The notes under the pieces are model-generated. The model worked only from the letters and a program-made list of their open reading frames with translations. It was not told the origin of the DNA and ran no database searches. A stretch of DNA of 64,000 nucleotides from Cetorhinus maximus (Eukaryota), in assembly GCF_964194155.1 (NCBI RefSeq), contig NC_135905.1, positions 23,808,001 to 23,872,000 of the forward strand, given 5' to 3'. Positions 10,835 through 23,900 of the stretch are shown here, one piece after another (within the stretch, counting starts at the first letter, position 1; every line of letters starts with the position of its first letter). The position numbers and the translations under genes are program-made.

Positions 10835-13399
10835 CAATGTATACTCCTCCCTCAAATTGATTTTCCTTTCTCCATTTTCTGTCCCCCTTGTTGTGCATCT
10901 CTGCTAGGCCAATTGAATTTGCTATATAGCCATAGCAGAGATATTATGTAACATATGCCTAAAAAATAAATTTGCATGCAACAATATTCTGCTTTGTATC
11001 CGCTTCAGACCCAACCCATCTCAGTGCCTCACACTCCCTTTTAAATTTCTGCGCCACGCATCCTATTTCAATATCTTCTGTAACTGTATGTTTGTCTTGG
11101 TTTACAGATGTCCACTGTCTCAAAAAGGTAAGTGACTGGCAGTCTGATATATCATAGCTTGCATTCATGGTGATATACATGCATTATGTGCAGAGCAGCG
11201 CAAAACTGGTGGCTGTTTGCACTCTGAAGCCATAAAAGGTAACGGAATGAACAGAATTAGATGTTGTGATGATGTTACTTGATAGTCCTGCACCAATAGA
11301 TATCCTACACTCCAGAAACCCATTTCCTTTCCCAACAGCTTGGCTGGAGACAAACTGACTTTCTCTCACAAATCATCAACGTTTTCCTTTACCCTCACAG
11401 AAAAATACTTTACAGGAGAGCTTTCTGCCAAAGTTCTTTGGCGCAAATACATTTTATTCACTGGCTGTAGTCTATCAAAATACTCAGCTCTTCTCAGGCG
11501 AACATTTTGGTTCATTTCTCATTGAGCTATTATCATGATTCATTCTTCCTGTCATGCTGCTTGCTCTTAATTACATCCTCAATCACAAACTGTAGTTACA
11601 AAACTATTTGTATTTCTTACAATAAAAACCTAGAAATACAATTTCCAAAAACAAACAATCATTACCATCAACTAACCATCAAAGTTCCTGTGACAGTCCT
11701 CCACACTTCTTCATTCATTATACAATTCTTCAAGGAATGAATCCTGTTCTTGTGTTTGAGCGTTTATGGTTGCTCTTTCATTGACTTGTTACTTACTGCC
11801 ATTGCATCATTGTTTGCTAGTTGGGGGTTCTGTTGCCTAATTTAATGAAGAGCTTCTCTGTCCTTTAATGATATACCCCCCAACAGGTCCCACTGACTCT
11901 CCCCCAAGTACTCATCTTCCCAAAGTCATTGGCAGGTTCTGGCATACAAAACATCAGTGCCTGACCTGACACTATATGCATAGTTCAGTTATCATCTGGG
12001 ATAGGGTAATAAAAAAAAACACAACTACTTGACCAGGAGTGTATAAGTTCCCAATTTCAACTCTCAAAGCAATAAGCATTTAATAGTCCCCTCAATATGC
12101 AACCCCTCCCCCCCACCCCTATCCATCAGCTGCATAGGGTAACAACAGAGACAGTGACAATATTACAACCACTCACATTGGCCCCTGCCAATGGTGCTAA
12201 TGGATATGCACATGTGATAATTCACCACATTGCAACCAGTTGGTGTTAACCTCAGCTTCAGATGAGATCCACCAGCCTCAAGTCATCAGACATCCCAATT
12301 GGAAACTTGAATTTACAATGGCAAATAATTTGCATCGCATCTGTTCATATGCAATGGGTACTTTTATCTTGAGTAGGCTCCAGGATGTTCACCTTGGGAA
12401 AGCAACCAACATGTGTCACTCTCTTGCACTTAAGTAGGGAAGTGGATCTGGGCCCCTCAGCTGGAAGTCTATTTCCCTGCATGCCAGTTTGATGAATGGT
12501 CATGCAGGAAAGGCTGAGACACAAACATTGTAATGTCACGGGAATTCCAGTAGCAGCCAACTCTGCATTTATTGTGCTATCCAGAATACACCATCGTATT
12601 TTCAAGGAGTGGTATTTTCATTGACGGAATAGGGTTCATGCATTTGGAGTTGATGGAACTAAAGAACCTGACATTCATCAATTACTTACTTTAAAAGAAA
12701 ATAAGATGACCTTATTGATTCAACACATTTGCATTCAATGCTATAAACCTACAACTGACACACATTTGTAATCAGCAATCAGCACCTTCTAACATACAAT
12801 GAATTTATCTACTCGCTTTTTGCGGAAGACAAAAACAATTGAGAATAGATTTAATCTTTGGAAAAACACCATTATAGAGCAAGCAAAATTCAATAGGCGC
12901 ACCCACAGACCAGGAAAGAGCATAGATTCCTTTATTAATGAGCTATGTTGATTAGCAGAAAATTGTGAATACAAAGTCCTGAAAAACAAATTAATTTGGG
13001 ATCGTATTGTTGTGGGAGTCTTCGAAAAGACACTTTCTGATTTTTTGCAGTTGTGGGAAGACTTGAACTGATCGAAAGCAGGACAGATAGTGAGGCAGGC
13101 AGCAGAGAGAATTTTTATTCGAGGTGAAAAGAAATCTCGTGGAGAAAACAGGTTGATACAGTCCAGTTTATAGCACAGAGAATTTGCAGCGCACTTAACC
13201 CTAAACCAAGAAACAAAGGAGGTAGTCACCATTATTCAGTTTTCTCACTGTGGCAGGAAAAGGCTGAATTGGCAGGAAGAATGCCCCACCAAAAATGCAG
13301 AGTACCACCCCTGCAGAGGCTAATTTATATCAGTTTGCTACAGCAAACAGCTCTTAACAAATCATTTAAAGGAAAACACCCAAGATCATGTACCATTAG

Positions 13400-16300
13400 A
13401 GGGGGGGGGGGGCAGTGGAGTAATGGTATTGTCACTGGACTGATAATTCAGAGACCCAGGGTGATGGTCTGGGGACCTGGGGGTTCGTATCCCACCATAA
13501 CAGATGGTGAAATTTGAATTCAATAAAAATCGAATTAAAAGTCTACTGATGACCATGAAACCATTGTTGATTGCGGTAAAAATCCATCTGGTTCATTATT
13601 GTCTTTTGGAGAAGGAAATCTGCCATCCTTACCTGGTCTGGCCTACATGTGACTCTTAAATGTCCACTCAGTTGTATCAAACTGCCAAGAAATCTATAAG
13701 GAATGAAATCGGATGGACCACTTGGCATCAACTTAGGCAGCAAAAACAACAAACTCAGCCCCATCAACCCTGCCAAGTCCTTACCAACATTTGGGGCTTG
13801 TTTTAAAATTGGGAAAGCTGTCTCACTGACTAGTCAAGTAACAGCCTGACAATAGTCAAACTCTCAGAATCGTGCCTTACAGGTCATGTCCCAGACACGA
13901 CCATCACCATCCCTGGGTGTGCCCTGTCCCACTGGCTGGACAGACCCAGCAAAGCTGGCATCACAGTGGTATACAGTCAGGAGGCAATTGCTTTGGAGGT
14001 CCTCAACATCAACTCCAGACCCAATGAAATCACATAGCATATTATGACGTGGCAAATGATGTGTGCCAAGTGGACCAAATCCACGAGGGAAACTTGGTTG
14101 CGCTATTGGTTTTGCAATTTGTATTTATTTCGAGATGCGTGCACTGAATTCAGAAGCAGTAAGCCCACCAAGACTTTTAGAGAATTTTTTAAAAACTAAA
14201 TTAAAATATATTGATTAACAAAAGAAAAGATTTATAGCACATACATAAGACTACAAATTTCTATTACCATAACTCCTAAAATTCCTAATTAACCTGACTC
14301 CCAGTTACACCCTCTTTAAGGCAATGGTCTAAAAATAATTTCAGATTTTAAACAGATCCAGCAAATTAACACAATACCCTGGACAATGGAATTCCAAATG
14401 GCTTTTCTCCAGCTTCAGTTTCAGTAGACAGCAGACTTATGTACAAATACTGGAGGCTTCATTAAGGCTATTTCACACACTTCTGTTAGATCTCACATGG
14501 TATTCTCCTTTATATATGTTTCTCTCTTTTAATACGTAAATTCTATTGTTTCATATGTCTTCGAAACTGCATTTTCCTCACAATATAAAAACCTTCATGC
14601 TGCTACTATTTGTCAGTCACCTTTGGGGAAAATAAACACATTCCTTACCCTTGCTTATCTAGTTGTAAACAGACTAAAATCCCTTTGAAATTCAAATCGC
14701 CTTTTCATTTATCAAAAAATGCAAATCCCCTTCAACACCGTACATGTTAAGCCAGCATCCATGTTTACTCATTAGTATATCAAGCACCTAGCTTCTTATG
14801 ATAATTTCAAGCTTGCAGTCTACTTGACTCCAAATGTAATCAAATCACACACAGACAGACCTACCACACTTACCCCCATAAACCTACTTCACAATAAACC
14901 AGAAAAATATTATGAAAAATGTTATACTTTCGTGATAAGCATCAGATCAAGGGCAATGAAACCTACTGCTGATTACCACATACTGCAGCACCACCCCACC
15001 CCCTGGCCCTCAGCTCCTCCATGTTGAGCACCAATTGGAAGAAGCACTGCAGGTGGCAAGGGCAGAGATTGCACTCTGGGTGGGGGACTTCAATGTCCAT
15101 TACCAAGAGTGGCTCGGTAGCACCATTACAGACCAAGCTGGCCGAGTCCTAAAGGACGTAACTGTTAGGCTGGATCTATGGCAGGTGGTGAGGGAACCAA
15201 CAAGAGGGAAAAACATACTTGACCTCATCCTCACCTATCTGCTTGTTGCAGATGCATCTGTCCATGACAGTATCAGTAGGAGTGACCACCGCACAGTCCT
15301 TATGGAGACGAAGTCCCGCCTTCACATTGAGGATATCATCCATCTTGTTGTGTGGCACTACCACCATGCTAAATGGGATAGATTTCGAACAGATCTAACA
15401 ACTCAAAACTGGGCATCCATGAGGCGCTGTGGGCCATCAGCAGCAGAATTGTACTCAACCACAATCTGTAACCTCATGGCCTGGCATATCTCCTAATCCA
15501 GCATTACTGTCAAGCCACGGGATCAACCCTGGTTCAATGAAGGGTAGAGGGCATGCCAGGAGCAGCACCAGGCATACCTTAAAATGAGGCGCCAACCTGG
15601 TGAAGCTATAACACAGGTCTACTTGCGTGCCAAACAGCATAAACAGCAAGCAATAGACAGAGCTAAGCAATTCCACAACCAATGGATCAGATATCAACTC
15701 TGCAGTCCTGCCACATCCAGTTATGAATGGTGGTGGACAATTAAACAACTCACTGGAGGACGCCACTCTACATATATCCCCGTCCTCAATGATGCGGAAG
15801 CCCAGCATATCAGTGCAAAAGCAACAATCTTCAGCCAGAAGTGCCGAGTGGATGATGCATCTCTGCCTCCTCTGGAGGCCCCCAGCATCACAGATGCCAG
15901 ACTTCAGCCAATTCGGTTCACTCCACGTGATATCAAGAAACAGCTGAAGGCACTGGATACTGCAAAGGCTATGGGCCCCAACAATATCCCAACAATAGTA
16001 CTGAAGACTTGCACTCCAGAGCTCGCTGCACCCCTAGCCAAGTTGCTGCAGTGCAGCTACAACACTGGCATCTACCCAGCAATGTAGAAAATTGCCCAGG
16101 TATGTCCTGTACACAAAAAGCAGGGCAATGCCCCATCAGTCTACCCTCAATTGTCAGTAAAGTGATGGAAGGGGTCATCAACAGTGCTATCAAGCAGCAC
16201 TTTCTTGGAAATAACCTGCTCACTGATGACCAGTTTGATTCCACCAGAATCACTCAGCTCCTGACCTCATTACAACCTTGGTTCAAAATGGACAAAAGAG

Positions 16301-17468
16301 CTGAATTCCAGAGGTGAGGTGACAGTGACTGCCCTTGACATCAAGGCAGCATTTGACCGAGTGTAGCATCATGAAGCCCTAGCAAAACTGGAGTCAATGG
16401 GAATCAGGGGGGAAATCTCTGCTGATTGGAGTCATATCTAGCACAAAGGAAGATGGTTGTAGTTGCTGGAGGTCAGTCAGCTCAGTTCCAGGACATCACT
16501 ACAGGAGTTCCTCAGGGGCATGCCCTGGGCCCAACCATCTTTAGTTGCTTCACCATAAGGTCAGAAGTGGAGATGCTCACTGACGATTGTGCAATGTTCA
16601 GCACCATTTATGACTTCTTAGATACTGAAGTTGTCCAGGTCCAAATACAGAAAGACCTGGACAATATCCAGACTCGGGCTGATAATGGCAAGTAACATTC
16701 GTGCCACACAAGTGCCAGGAAATTTCCATTTTCAACAGGAGAGAATATAGCTATCCCTCCTTGACATTCAATGGCATCACAATCGCTGAATCCCCCACTA
16801 TCAACACCCTGGGAGTTACCATTGACCAGAAACTGAACTGGACTAGCCATATAAATACTGTGGCTACAAGAACAGGTCAGAGGCTAGGAATCATGTGACG
16901 AGTAACTCATCTGATTCCCCAAAACCTGTCCACCATCTACAAGGCACAAGTCAGGACTGTGACAGAATAGTCTCCACTTGCCTGGATGAGTGCAGACCCA
17001 AAAACACTCAAGATGCTCGACACTATGCAGGACAAACTAGCCCGCTTGATTGACACCCCATCCACAAACATTCACACCATCCACCACCAATGCACAATGG
17101 CAGCAGCGTGTACCATCTACAAGACGTGTTGCAGCAACTCATGAAGGTGCCTTCAACAGCACCTTCCAAACCTGTGACCGCTCCCATCTAGAAGGACAAG
17201 GGCAGCAGATGCATTGGAACACCACCATCTGGAAGTTCCCCTCCAGGTTACTCACCATCCTGACTTGGAAATATATCATCGTTTCTTCACTATCGCTGGG
17301 TCAAAATCCTGAAACACCCTTCCTAACAGCACTGTGGGTGTACCTACACCACTTGGACTGCAGCAGTTCAAGAAGGCAGCTCACCACCACCTTCTCAAGG
17401 GCAATTAGGGATGGGCAATAAATGCTGGCCTAGCCAGCAATGCCCACATTCCATGAATGAAAAGAAAA
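13400..17468 (+). mobile_element. CR1-group LINE (family A), near full length, tRNA-derived 5' head, single APE-RT ORF (decayed)
   Basis: A-box-like TGGAGTAATGG 13416-13426, B-box GGTTCGTATCC 13482-13492. APE coding from ~13780 (WVGDFNVH, PTRGKNILDL, SDH in ORF 15035-15496). RT (KAMGPNNIP, ALDIKAAFDRV, GVPQG) 15900-16900. 3' tail caagggcaattagggatggg...ccatgaatgaaaag. Confidence 0.9.
14040..14937 (-). mobile_element. Solo LTR (~900 bp) inserted in the LINE APE region
   Basis: 4-bp TSD AGCA (14036-14039, 14938-14941). Termini TATTATGA...TCGTGATA look like decayed TGTYATGA...TCATRACA. Removing the insert restores the LINE sequence seen uninterrupted at ~31250-31290. TATA-like (~14510) and AATAAA (~14125) motifs on the minus strand. 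Homologous to 59022-59460. Confidence 0.8.
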
Positions 17469-20334
17469 TTCAGGAAATTAAAAACATTCAACAAGTTGAA
17501 GAAGAAGATGGAGAAGAACCAGAAGTACCATTGCTGGGCAAAATTACAGAAGCAAGAGGAACTATTGGAGTGCAGATACGCTGGTCAGTGGACATATAAT
17601 AAACTTCAAGTTAGACACTGGAGCAAAAGTTTCAATTTGGTCAGACACAGAAAGGTGGTTAAAAAAGACATATTCCAGCCATCAACCATAAGACTCCGCA
17701 ACCCAGGAGGTATTCAGATGAAAGTCAAGAGACGGTTGACTACTAAACTTCAGCACAAAGCAAGAGAAATCACAGAAACTTTGTTTGTGATTCACAATCG
17801 TGAATGCTTACTGTTAAGTTCAAAAGCTTGCACAGGTTTCCAACTCATCTACAAAGTTGATGAACTAGGAAGCTCAGAAAAATCAACTGAGTTCAGGGCA
17901 GAATTCCCAACATTATTCAGAGGTTCAGGGGAGCTGAAAACAGCCTGTCAAATCACATTGAGACCAGGTGGAAAACCAGTGTGCTTATTCACCCCAAGGA
18001 AGGTTACACACCTACTTTTACAAAAGTGAAACAAGAAATTGAGTCAATGCTGCATCAAGGAGTCATCTCACCTGTTACCAAACCCGCAGATTGATGATCA
18101 GGCATGGTTCCTGTACCAAAACTGAAAGACTTAACATGCATCTGATGTTGACCTCACACAAGGCAGTGGAAAGGGAAGACCATCCAACAGTATCTGTGGA
18201 TGAGGGTCTTGCAAAACTAGCAAAAAGTACCATTTTAACCAAGTTAGATGCTAACAGTGGTTTCCGGCAATTACCTTTAAAGAAAGAATCCAAACTACTG
18301 ACTACATTTATCACAGCCTGTGGGAGATATTGTTTTAATTGTTTACCTTTTGGAATCACGTCAGCTCCAGGGATTTTCCAGAAACAATGACAACCATTTT
18401 GGAGGGATTAGAAGGGGTCATCCGCTACGTGAATGACATCCTGATTCATGGGTCCACCACATAGGAACATGATACAAGAGTGAGAGTAGTGTTGTAATGC
18501 CTGGAAGAAGCAGGGCTAACTGTCACCAATAAGTGTGACTTTTCACAACTTACCATAAAGTTCTTGGAGCACATTGTTCACACATTAAGCATCAGGGCTG
18601 AACCCCAAATGGCCAAGGCCATAAAAGATTTTCTCCACCCCACAACATTACAAAGCTCCAATGCTTCATGGGAATAGTCAATCACGTAGGGAAGTTCCTC
18701 CCTAGCTTGGTTAATGTGGACAAACCACTACAACAACTGCTCAGACAAGAGTAGACATGGTGTTGGGGAGAATATCAACAAATCTCATTCCAGAACAGCA
18801 AGAACATGCTTATTCCATCAGACATACCAGCACATTGTGTTCTGGAATTGCCCACGTTAGCAGCAGTGGATGCATCAGTGACCAAACTAGGAGCAGTGCT
18901 CTTCCAAATCCAGAAAGATAAAACCCATAGACCTGTATATTATGCATCTAGGTCATTAATCGGAACTGAACAAAGATACACTGTGATCAAAAAGGAGGCA
19001 CTGGCAGCCAGATGGGCCTGTGAGAAGTTTGTCAACTATGCTTAGGCCTCCAGTTTACAATAGAAACAGACCACAAGCCAATGGTCACCTTATTAAACAC
19101 CAAGAACCTAGCAAACATGCCACATAGAGTCCGGAGATTCCGGCTCAGACTCATGAGGTTCGATGTCATGACCAAATATGTACAAGGCAAGCAGCAGACA
19201 ACAGTAGATGCTTTGTCGTGCATTCCTGTTGAGAAGCCTGAACAGGAGGGAACAAATCTTGAAGAGGTCGAGTCATGCAGCTCATTGAGAACAAAGTCCT
19301 TACCAGGAATCACACAGAGGCCAAATGAAATATGCCAAGCACAGAAAACAGATGAAGAGTGTGCCAAAAACAAAGAATACTGCAAAAAGGATGGCCAGAG
19401 TATATTCCTAACAATCCCATCCTCAAACACTACTTCGAGCAACGCAGACATCTTTGCACTGTGGATGACTTATTAACCTACAATGAGAGGTTGGTCATAC
19501 CAAGAGTCTTCAGATTCACAATCCTTCAAAGAATACAACAGGGACACCCAGGCATTACAAAATATCATGCTTGGGCTCGAAATTTAGTTTGGTGGCCAGG
19601 AATTTCAAAATCACCAGAGGACATGATTTTGAGCTACATGAATTGTGCAATCTAGCACCAAGAGCAGAAAGAACCTTTGATGGTATCATCATTTCCACCC
19701 AGATCTTGGAAATGTCTTGGAATGGACCTGCTTGAGTTCAAGGGGAAGACATTCCTCATAGTTCTAGGCTATTACTCCAGATGTATTGAGGTTAAACATA
19801 TGCATGGAATAACCTCAGAAGCAATCATCGATTCACAAAAGGAAATTTTTGCCACACATGACATTCCAGATCTTGTCATTTCAGACAATGGTGCATAGTT
19901 TGTGAATGAATGATTCAAGAAAGTTACAGAAGATTATGGATTTGTCCATACAACTAGTTTGCCCTTGTATCCACGAGCAAGTGGCAAAGCTGAAAGAGGA
20001 GTAAGAATGTCAAAGCTTTGTTCAAAAAGAATATCATGCAAACCAGGCAAACAATTACAAGCAGCACCATTGAGTGCATGAATTGCCAGAACTGCAAACA
20101 GGTGAACTGTCTGGATTAGGGACCAGAATAGAGAAGGCCAAGTACTGGAAATAACACAAAGTCTGAGATCTTATCTTGTTGAGACTGAGAATGGGATAGT
20201 GAGAAGAAATAGAAGCGTATTCATATCAACAAGACGACAAGTATCAATGGAATGGACTACTCATATGATCAGGAAGACAACTGAACAGAGAACCAATAGT
20301 CCCTGAAGATACACAAGCTACAGAGTTCCAAGAG

Positions 20335-20502
20335 AGATGGTCTTTTTGACAGATTTTTAATCAGTAAGGGAATCAAGGGTTATGGGGAAAAGGCGGGAAA
20401 GTGGAATTGAGGAGTATCAGATCAGCCATGATCTCATTGAATGGAAGAGTAGACTCGATGGGCTGAATGGCCTACTTGTGCTTCTACGTCTTATGATCTT
20501 AT
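20335..20502 (+). mobile_element. CR1 3'UTR fragment inserted in the Gypsy 3' region
   Basis: taagggaatcaagggttatgggg...gatcagccatgatctcattgaatgg...gggctgaatggcctact...tcttatgatcttat, the same type of end as 39980-40120. Confidence 0.75.
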
Positions 20503-20681
20503 ACAGAACATGGAGAGCTTAAATCTTATGCAACATCCGAGAGAGATGAGAACAAGGTTGGGGGGGATTAGTGAAACCACCGCAATGCTCATCTCTGTGA
20601 ATCAGGGGTGAAGGCAGAGACTTTGGGGGAGATGTCGGATAATGTAAATAGTATTTATGGAGTCTGAGACTCAGGGAGAGA

Positions 20682-20918
20682 TGCAACGTACAAGGTTAAT
20701 GTTAAATATCCAAATATATAATATACATCATCATTGACGCAAGATCACATGATAACAGAGCATGGAGAGAGGTAGTTCTATGTAGAGCCTCGTGCAGAGT
20801 GTACCTTGTAAATAGTTAGCATAATGTTCAATAAAATTTAGAGTTTGTCAATGTTATCACCCCCAGCATAGTCTGTAAGTACAGATCCACAACTAACTCT
20901 TCTAAGACCAAAACAACA
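20682..20918 (+). mobile_element. Putative 3' LTR of the Gypsy element
   Basis: Follows the purine tract AGGGAGAGA, starts TG, contains AATAAA (~20830), ends ...AAAACAACA. No second copy found to confirm the boundaries. Confidence 0.5.
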
Positions 20919-23900
20919 ATAACAGGTGGTCCATCGCGATCAGTGTTTTATTCAGTGCATCTGAAACTGTGCCATTTTTACTTGCACCTCAGTAAGTCTT
21001 GTGTACATTTTGCCCCCACGGTGTAAGAGAAAAGTCATCCCAGACTTAACCAAAATGCTGTGTTATAATAAATGGCATCTTCAATGCCAATGATGTCTTA
21101 AACTTTCCTATATTGTCACAACTCACTGGTCACAAAGCATGCAAACATAAAAACACACAACTGGAGATTCTTCTTTACATCTGTAATGATCTTTTCAATG
21201 GAGAACAATCTGTTGCAGCAGCATTTAAAACACATCCAAGGACGATCAACAGATCAGCCTGGGATACCTGAAGTGGTTCTGGTGGTTTAAACCTAGCTAA
21301 CATGAGAATACCTAGCATGTAGGGTTTGAGTCTGATTATTTTCCTAATCTAGATTACAAAAAAGAGCATAATTATACATGTGAATACCTGCACGTCCATG
21401 CTAGATTTGGACAGTGTGGTTGATTACTAACAAAACAATTTGGGGCTATACAAAGTATATTTACATAACAGAAGTGATGGCTATTGTATGATAATATAGG
21501 GAATTAGTTACTGAGCATGGGATGTATATAGTAGTGAACATAACACCCAATTCCTGATGTTGATTGTTTATTTTTTCAGGTTTCTCATAAAATTTCATGA
21601 ACAATATTGCTTGATTTTCTTTTTTTTTTAAAAGAAGTGTTTTCTACTTTATCAAAGCTTCATTGCTCTAATGCTGAGCCACCTTCTAGCTTTTGCCATC
21701 GATCAAGAGGAATTATGTCACATTCAAAGACTGCACATATTTTGTTAAAAGGTTGTAAAAATCAATGAAAAAAGTGCATTTAGCCTCTGTTCAAAAAATA
21801 GAAACATGATTCATAATAGCAACTTATTTCTAAGTATATGGCGCTGGACTCTGTCAAGCGCTTTGGAAAGACCAATGCATTGAGAAATGATTTCAAAAAG
21901 CACGCAACAGCAATTATCAGTGGAGCAGCTATGCTGAAATCATACCGTCAATCATGCAGTGCAGTTCTATTAAGCCGGTCCTGAGGCCATGGTGTGTGTC
22001 TAGTCCAGAGATTCTGTGGCAGGATACAGATACAGAGGAGTTATGCCATTTTGGGAATCAGCACAGGTACATTAACAAGAAAAAGTGCATGGGTGGATGG
22101 AGGGTGGGGGGTTCAAAGAGGTTTTACACCTACTTAGATATTTGAGGGGAGTTTTAAAGTTGAAGGAGCTCAAACAGTACAGAGCAATATAAAAAAAAGT
22201 CTAATTAGATGAGCACCTCAGAAACTATTTTACCAATTACAACCATCACAGTGAAGGGGAACTAGAGCTCGTGATGGATGTGTTTGTGAAGAATGAGCCA
22301 GTTGGATTGAATGGCACAGTCAAACGCTGGTCTAAGCAAAGTCTTCAATTATACCTGGCATGACAAATGAAACATTAATTAGCACCGAGGGATTTTTGCA
22401 GCTCAAAGGCCATCTTTCAGCATAGGCAGCTGCTGGTACCGTCTGTGCATTCACAGAGGCTCCCATAGGAATCCAACTTCAATGCTATGGTGAACATTGA
22501 TTGCCCTTTTCCAGATTTGAATTTTCAAGAAAATAAATGAGGCAGTATTTTTCATCGTAACCTTGTAAGGAACACAGCATACAGCTAAACAAGCAATTAA
22601 CATGCTCACAACAAAACAAGAGGAAAGCTATCCAGATGAGATAATTTAAAGGGCAACCCTGAGCACCAGCATTGCCTTCAAAAATGAACACTTACAAATT
22701 ATCATCATAGCTTTACATGGCTCAAAGTACACTCTATTTTTACCTTTGGTGCCTGGATTCTAATCTGAGGCAATTGTTGATATCCTCCTCTCTCTCCTCG
22801 CTATAAAACAGCCTGCGTGGGCAATCACCAGCAAGTCCTATAGGCCATAAGTCCACAGCTATAAATTGGTAGATTTGCATTCTCATACATAGTAGACATC
22901 ATTGTGCAAAGGAATATTGAGATTATGAGGAGGGTAGGGAATTATAGGGTACGCATTTGAAGACAAGTCTAGCTTTCTCATTCTCAGGGCTCCTTTCAGT
23001 TTCCATTCCATTTCTCTCTGCAATTCATTGTGCATCAATCCAGAACAAGCACAGACCCTATCTGATTCAAGTGCACTCTCAACTCTCCTCAGTAAATCTG
23101 TAGCCACTAACAGGTCCATGGAAGCTAGTTGGCATCTTTTCTTCCTGACCTTTGGGGAAGCATTGAACCTGCAATGCTCACTTCCCTTTCCACCAATTCC
23201 TCCCAAAAACAGAAAAACAAATCAGTTCATGTGGTAAATTGCCTGAGCTGTTAACCAGTCAGCTGATGAATGTAAGTCATTCAAGATGGCATACGTCAAG
23301 GAGGCGTAAGTCATACAAGATGGCACGAGAGTTGGAGGGACACTTTAGTAGCTTGTTCCACAGCACCACCAACTATCCTGAGCATGTAGCTACACCACAA
23401 GCAACTGATGACGTACAGCATTTCCACAGTGAATGTTTACATAGGTCTTTTCAAAGTTCAATGTAGGCATAAAAACATGACCAAAAGATCATAATATGAA
23501 ATGTGCACCAGGTTTAATATGTATAAACAGAGTGTGAAAATAAAAATATAAATACTTGACTTCCTTTGCAACACCAAAAAGACATTCTACTGTAAATTCC
23601 TGTCAGTTTACTGAGATGCAAATTGAATAAAAAGTTGCTAAGTTATTATTTGAGTCATTCCAGCAATTTGATACAGATTGCAGTCAGAAGAGTAGTTGCA
23701 CATCATTTACTCATCCAGTAACATCAATTTTGGCTGCTGCCATGCATTTTCTGCTTTTCATAAGAGAAAGAGACAGTGGAAAATAAGAAAACAGATTCAG
23801 TCCATGGTCAAATCACTGTTTTTAGGTCAGAAGCCAGGAACAACTTAATACGCATCAACTTTGCAAATATGATCTGAATGCATTCAAGTAAGCTGAGAGA

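Larger units (their letters stand above)
12860..20918 (+). mobile_element. Decayed Ty3/Gypsy (Mag-like) LTR retrotransposon; interrupted; 5' LTR not found
   Basis: gag ~12860-13390 (EQAKFNRR..SIDSFINEL..LAENCEY..LIWDRIVVG, degenerate Cys knuckle). Protease FKLDTGAKVS ~17605. RT KLDANSGFRQ/LPFGITSAP and YVND ~18230-18450. RNase H VDAS..LGAVLFQ..PVYYASRSL. Integrase GHPGI..VWWPGI, MDLLEF, ISDNG, RSYLV..RRNR to ~20220. Many stops and frameshifts. Confidence 0.9.

Noticed and set aside
12100-12850. 5' LTR and primer-binding site of the Gypsy element
   Set aside because: I found no match to the putative 3' LTR (20682-20918) upstream of gag, so the 5' end appears deleted.
13411-13500. tRNA genes (also 10516-10600 and 53900-53976)
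   Set aside because: A and B boxes are present but there is no complete cloverleaf. They are SINE/LINE heads.
13390-17532. GTACCATT (13390-13397 and 17525-17532) as the LINE TSD
   Set aside because: The second copy lies ~55 bp beyond the LINE tail, inside Gypsy coding sequence, so it does not abut the element.
22883-23206. 107-aa ORF with an NLS-like SPKVRKKR
   Set aside because: No recognisable domain, weak splice signals, and a length compatible with chance.
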